Shown here: positions 15,766-17,348 of the stretch, in pieces | Numbering within the stretch: position 1 is the stretch's first letter | How the letters are laid out: each line of letters begins with the position of its first letter | NCBI GenBank assembly: GCA_029974275.1 | Contig: JARKSN010000052.1 | Coordinates: forward strand, 1 to 17,348 | DNA: 17,348 nucleotides | From: Candidatus Hydrogenedentota bacterium | GTDB taxonomy: Bacteria > Hydrogenedentota > Hydrogenedentia > Hydrogenedentales > SLHB01 | Direction: 5' to 3' | Notes under the pieces: model-generated | Seen by the model: only the letters and a program-made list of their open reading frames with translations | Told to the model about the DNA's origin: nothing | Database searches by the model: none | Position numbers and translations under genes: made by a program

Positions 15766-16851
15766 ATGCCGCTGGTCTTTCGCAAAGTTTTGATCGCCGA
15801 TCAACGGTACGAATCGGCGGGGGTGTTTGATGTCGACAACGACGGCGTGCTCGATATCGTCTCGGGCGCATACTGGTACCAGGGACCCGATTTCAAGAAG
15901 GCGCACCCGGTCGGCCCAGTGATGGCGGCGGATGAGTACTACGACGATTTTTCGACCATTGCCATGGACGTGAACGGCGATGGGAATCTTGACTTTATCA
16001 CCGGCGGTTGGTGGGGCGACACGGTCCGGTGGCGCGAGAACCCCGGCGAAACGGGCAAGGAATGGCCCGAGCACATCATCGCGCACTGCGGCAACGTCGA
16101 GACCACGCGTGCGTGGGACATCGACGGCGACGGCGTGCTCGAGGTCGTCCCCAACACGCCGGGCGCGCCGTTAGTGGTCTACAAACTCAAGACAGACGCG
16201 CAGGGCAGGGGCGCGGGCGCATTCACCGCGCACATGATTTACGACAAGCCGCAGGGCCATGGCCTTGGGTGGGGCGACATTTCCGGAAGCGGGCGCGGCG
16301 ATTTCATTGTCTCCGGCGGCTGGCTTGAAGCGCCGGCGGACCGATACGCGCAGCCGTGGACGTTCCACCCGGAATTCGACCTCGGGTGTGCGAGCGTGCC
16401 GATTCTGGTGGTCGACGTGAACGGCGACGGGTTGAACGACCTCATCGTGGGCCAGGCGCACAACTTCGGCCTGCACTGGTACGAACAACGCAAGAACGCC
16501 GACGGCGCCCGCACGTGGGTGCGGCACATCATCGATCCCGACAACAGCCAGTATCACGACATGCAATGGGCGGACATCGACGGCGACGGACAGTGCGAAC
16601 TCGTCACGGGCAAGCGCTACCGTGCGCATTGCGGCCACGACCCCGGCGAGGCCGGGCCCCTCGGCATTTATTATTTCAAGTGGAATGGCGAGAGCTTCAC
16701 CAAGCAGGTGATCGACTACGGCGGGATCCGCGAGGGCACGGGATGCGGCATCCATTTCGCCCTCGCCGATCTCACGGGCAACGGTTTACTCGATCTCGTC
16801 GCGCCCGGAAAAGACGGCCTGTATGTGTTCTACAACGAGGGCTATAAGTAG
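15766..16851 (+). CDS. FG-GAP/VCBS-repeat beta-propeller protein, no signal peptide
   Basis: Seven DxxGDGxxD-type repeats (DVDNDGVLD, DVNGDGNLD, DIDGDGVLE, DISGSGRGD, DVNGDGLND, DIDGDGQCE, DLTGNGLLD). Start ATG 15766 behind an AAGGAGG RBS. Confidence 0.88.
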   Translation: MPLVFRKVLIADQRYESAGVFDVDNDGVLDIVSGAYWYQGPDFKKAHPVGPVMAADEYYDDFSTIAMDVNGDGNLDFITGGWWGDTVRWRENPGETGKEWPEHIIAHCGNVETTRAWDIDGDGVLEVVPNTPGAPLVVYKLKTDAQGRGAGAFTAHMIYDKPQGHGLGWGDISGSGRGDFIVSGGWLEAPADRYAQPWTFHPEFDLGCASVPILVVDVNGDGLNDLIVGQAHNFGLHWYEQRKNADGARTWVRHIIDPDNSQYHDMQWADIDGDGQCELVTGKRYRAHCGHDPGEAGPLGIYYFKWNGESFTKQVIDYGGIREGTGCGIHFALADLTGNGLLDLVAPGKDGLYVFYNEGYK

Positions 16852-16875
16852 CCCCTGCGACAAGGAGTTTTCGCG

Positions 16876-17348
16876 ATGTCTGAAAAAAAAGTGCGGATTG
16901 GATTCGTTGGCGTCGGCGGCATGGGACAGTGCGCCCACCTCAAGAATTATGCGACCTTGCCGGAGTGCGAAGTGGCGGCGATCGCCGAATATCGGCAGGG
17001 CATGGCGCACGCCGTCGCAAAAAAGTACAACGTGCCGCGCGTGTATCCCGACCACACAGCGATGCTGGAGGCCGAGGACCTCGACGGGATTGTCGCGTCG
17101 CAGCAGTTCGTGCGCCACGCGGTGCTCGTGCCGGACCTGCTCAAGGCGAATGTCCCCATTTTCACGGAAAAACCGTTGGCGGGTTGCATCGAAGCCGGCC
17201 AAACTATCCTCGACGCCCTGGCCGCCAGCAACACGTGGCACATGGTCGGCTACCACAAGCGCAGCGACCCCGCCGTCATGTATGCCCGCGGCGTCATGGA
17301 CGACTGGAAGCGGTCCGGGAAGATGGGCGCGCTCCGGTATGTCCGGCT
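16876..17348 (+). CDS. Gfo/Idh/MocA-family NAD(P)-dependent oxidoreductase (3'-truncated by the window)
   Basis: MSEKKVRIGFVGVGGMGQCAHL (GxGxxG) ... IFTEKPLA ... MVGYHKR; AAGGAG RBS. Absent from the ORF track because no stop falls in the window. Confidence 0.92.
   Translation, partial: MSEKKVRIGFVGVGGMGQCAHLKNYATLPECEVAAIAEYRQGMAHAVAKKYNVPRVYPDHTAMLEAEDLDGIVASQQFVRHAVLVPDLLKANVPIFTEKPLAGCIEAGQTILDALAASNTWHMVGYHKRSDPAVMYARGVMDDWKRSGKMGALRYVR

Overview
GC-rich bacterial chromosomal segment, mostly housekeeping and accessory metabolism. In order: the 3' end of argF; a ~0.9 kb islet bounded by an 18-bp direct repeat of the argF 3' end, carrying a hicB-hicA toxin-antitoxin pair and a frameshifted HEPN-like gene remnant; a nucleoside hydrolase; tRNA-Leu(CAA); an ATGC-rich spacer; a lipoprotein metallophosphoesterase; a Trm112-like protein; gdhA divergent from an NrpR-family nitrogen repressor; a PilZ-PilT fusion with a degenerate ATPase site; a lytic transglycosylase; an uncharacterised multi-pass membrane protein; kdsB-pyrG; and an AraC regulator divergent from an FG-GAP propeller plus a Gfo/Idh/MocA oxidoreductase (truncated by the window). 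The most unusual items are the PilZ-pseudo-PilT fusion, the argF-targeted islet, the candidate NrpR operator on gdhA and the AraC/propeller/oxidoreductase module. All calls come from reading motifs by eye; no database search was run.
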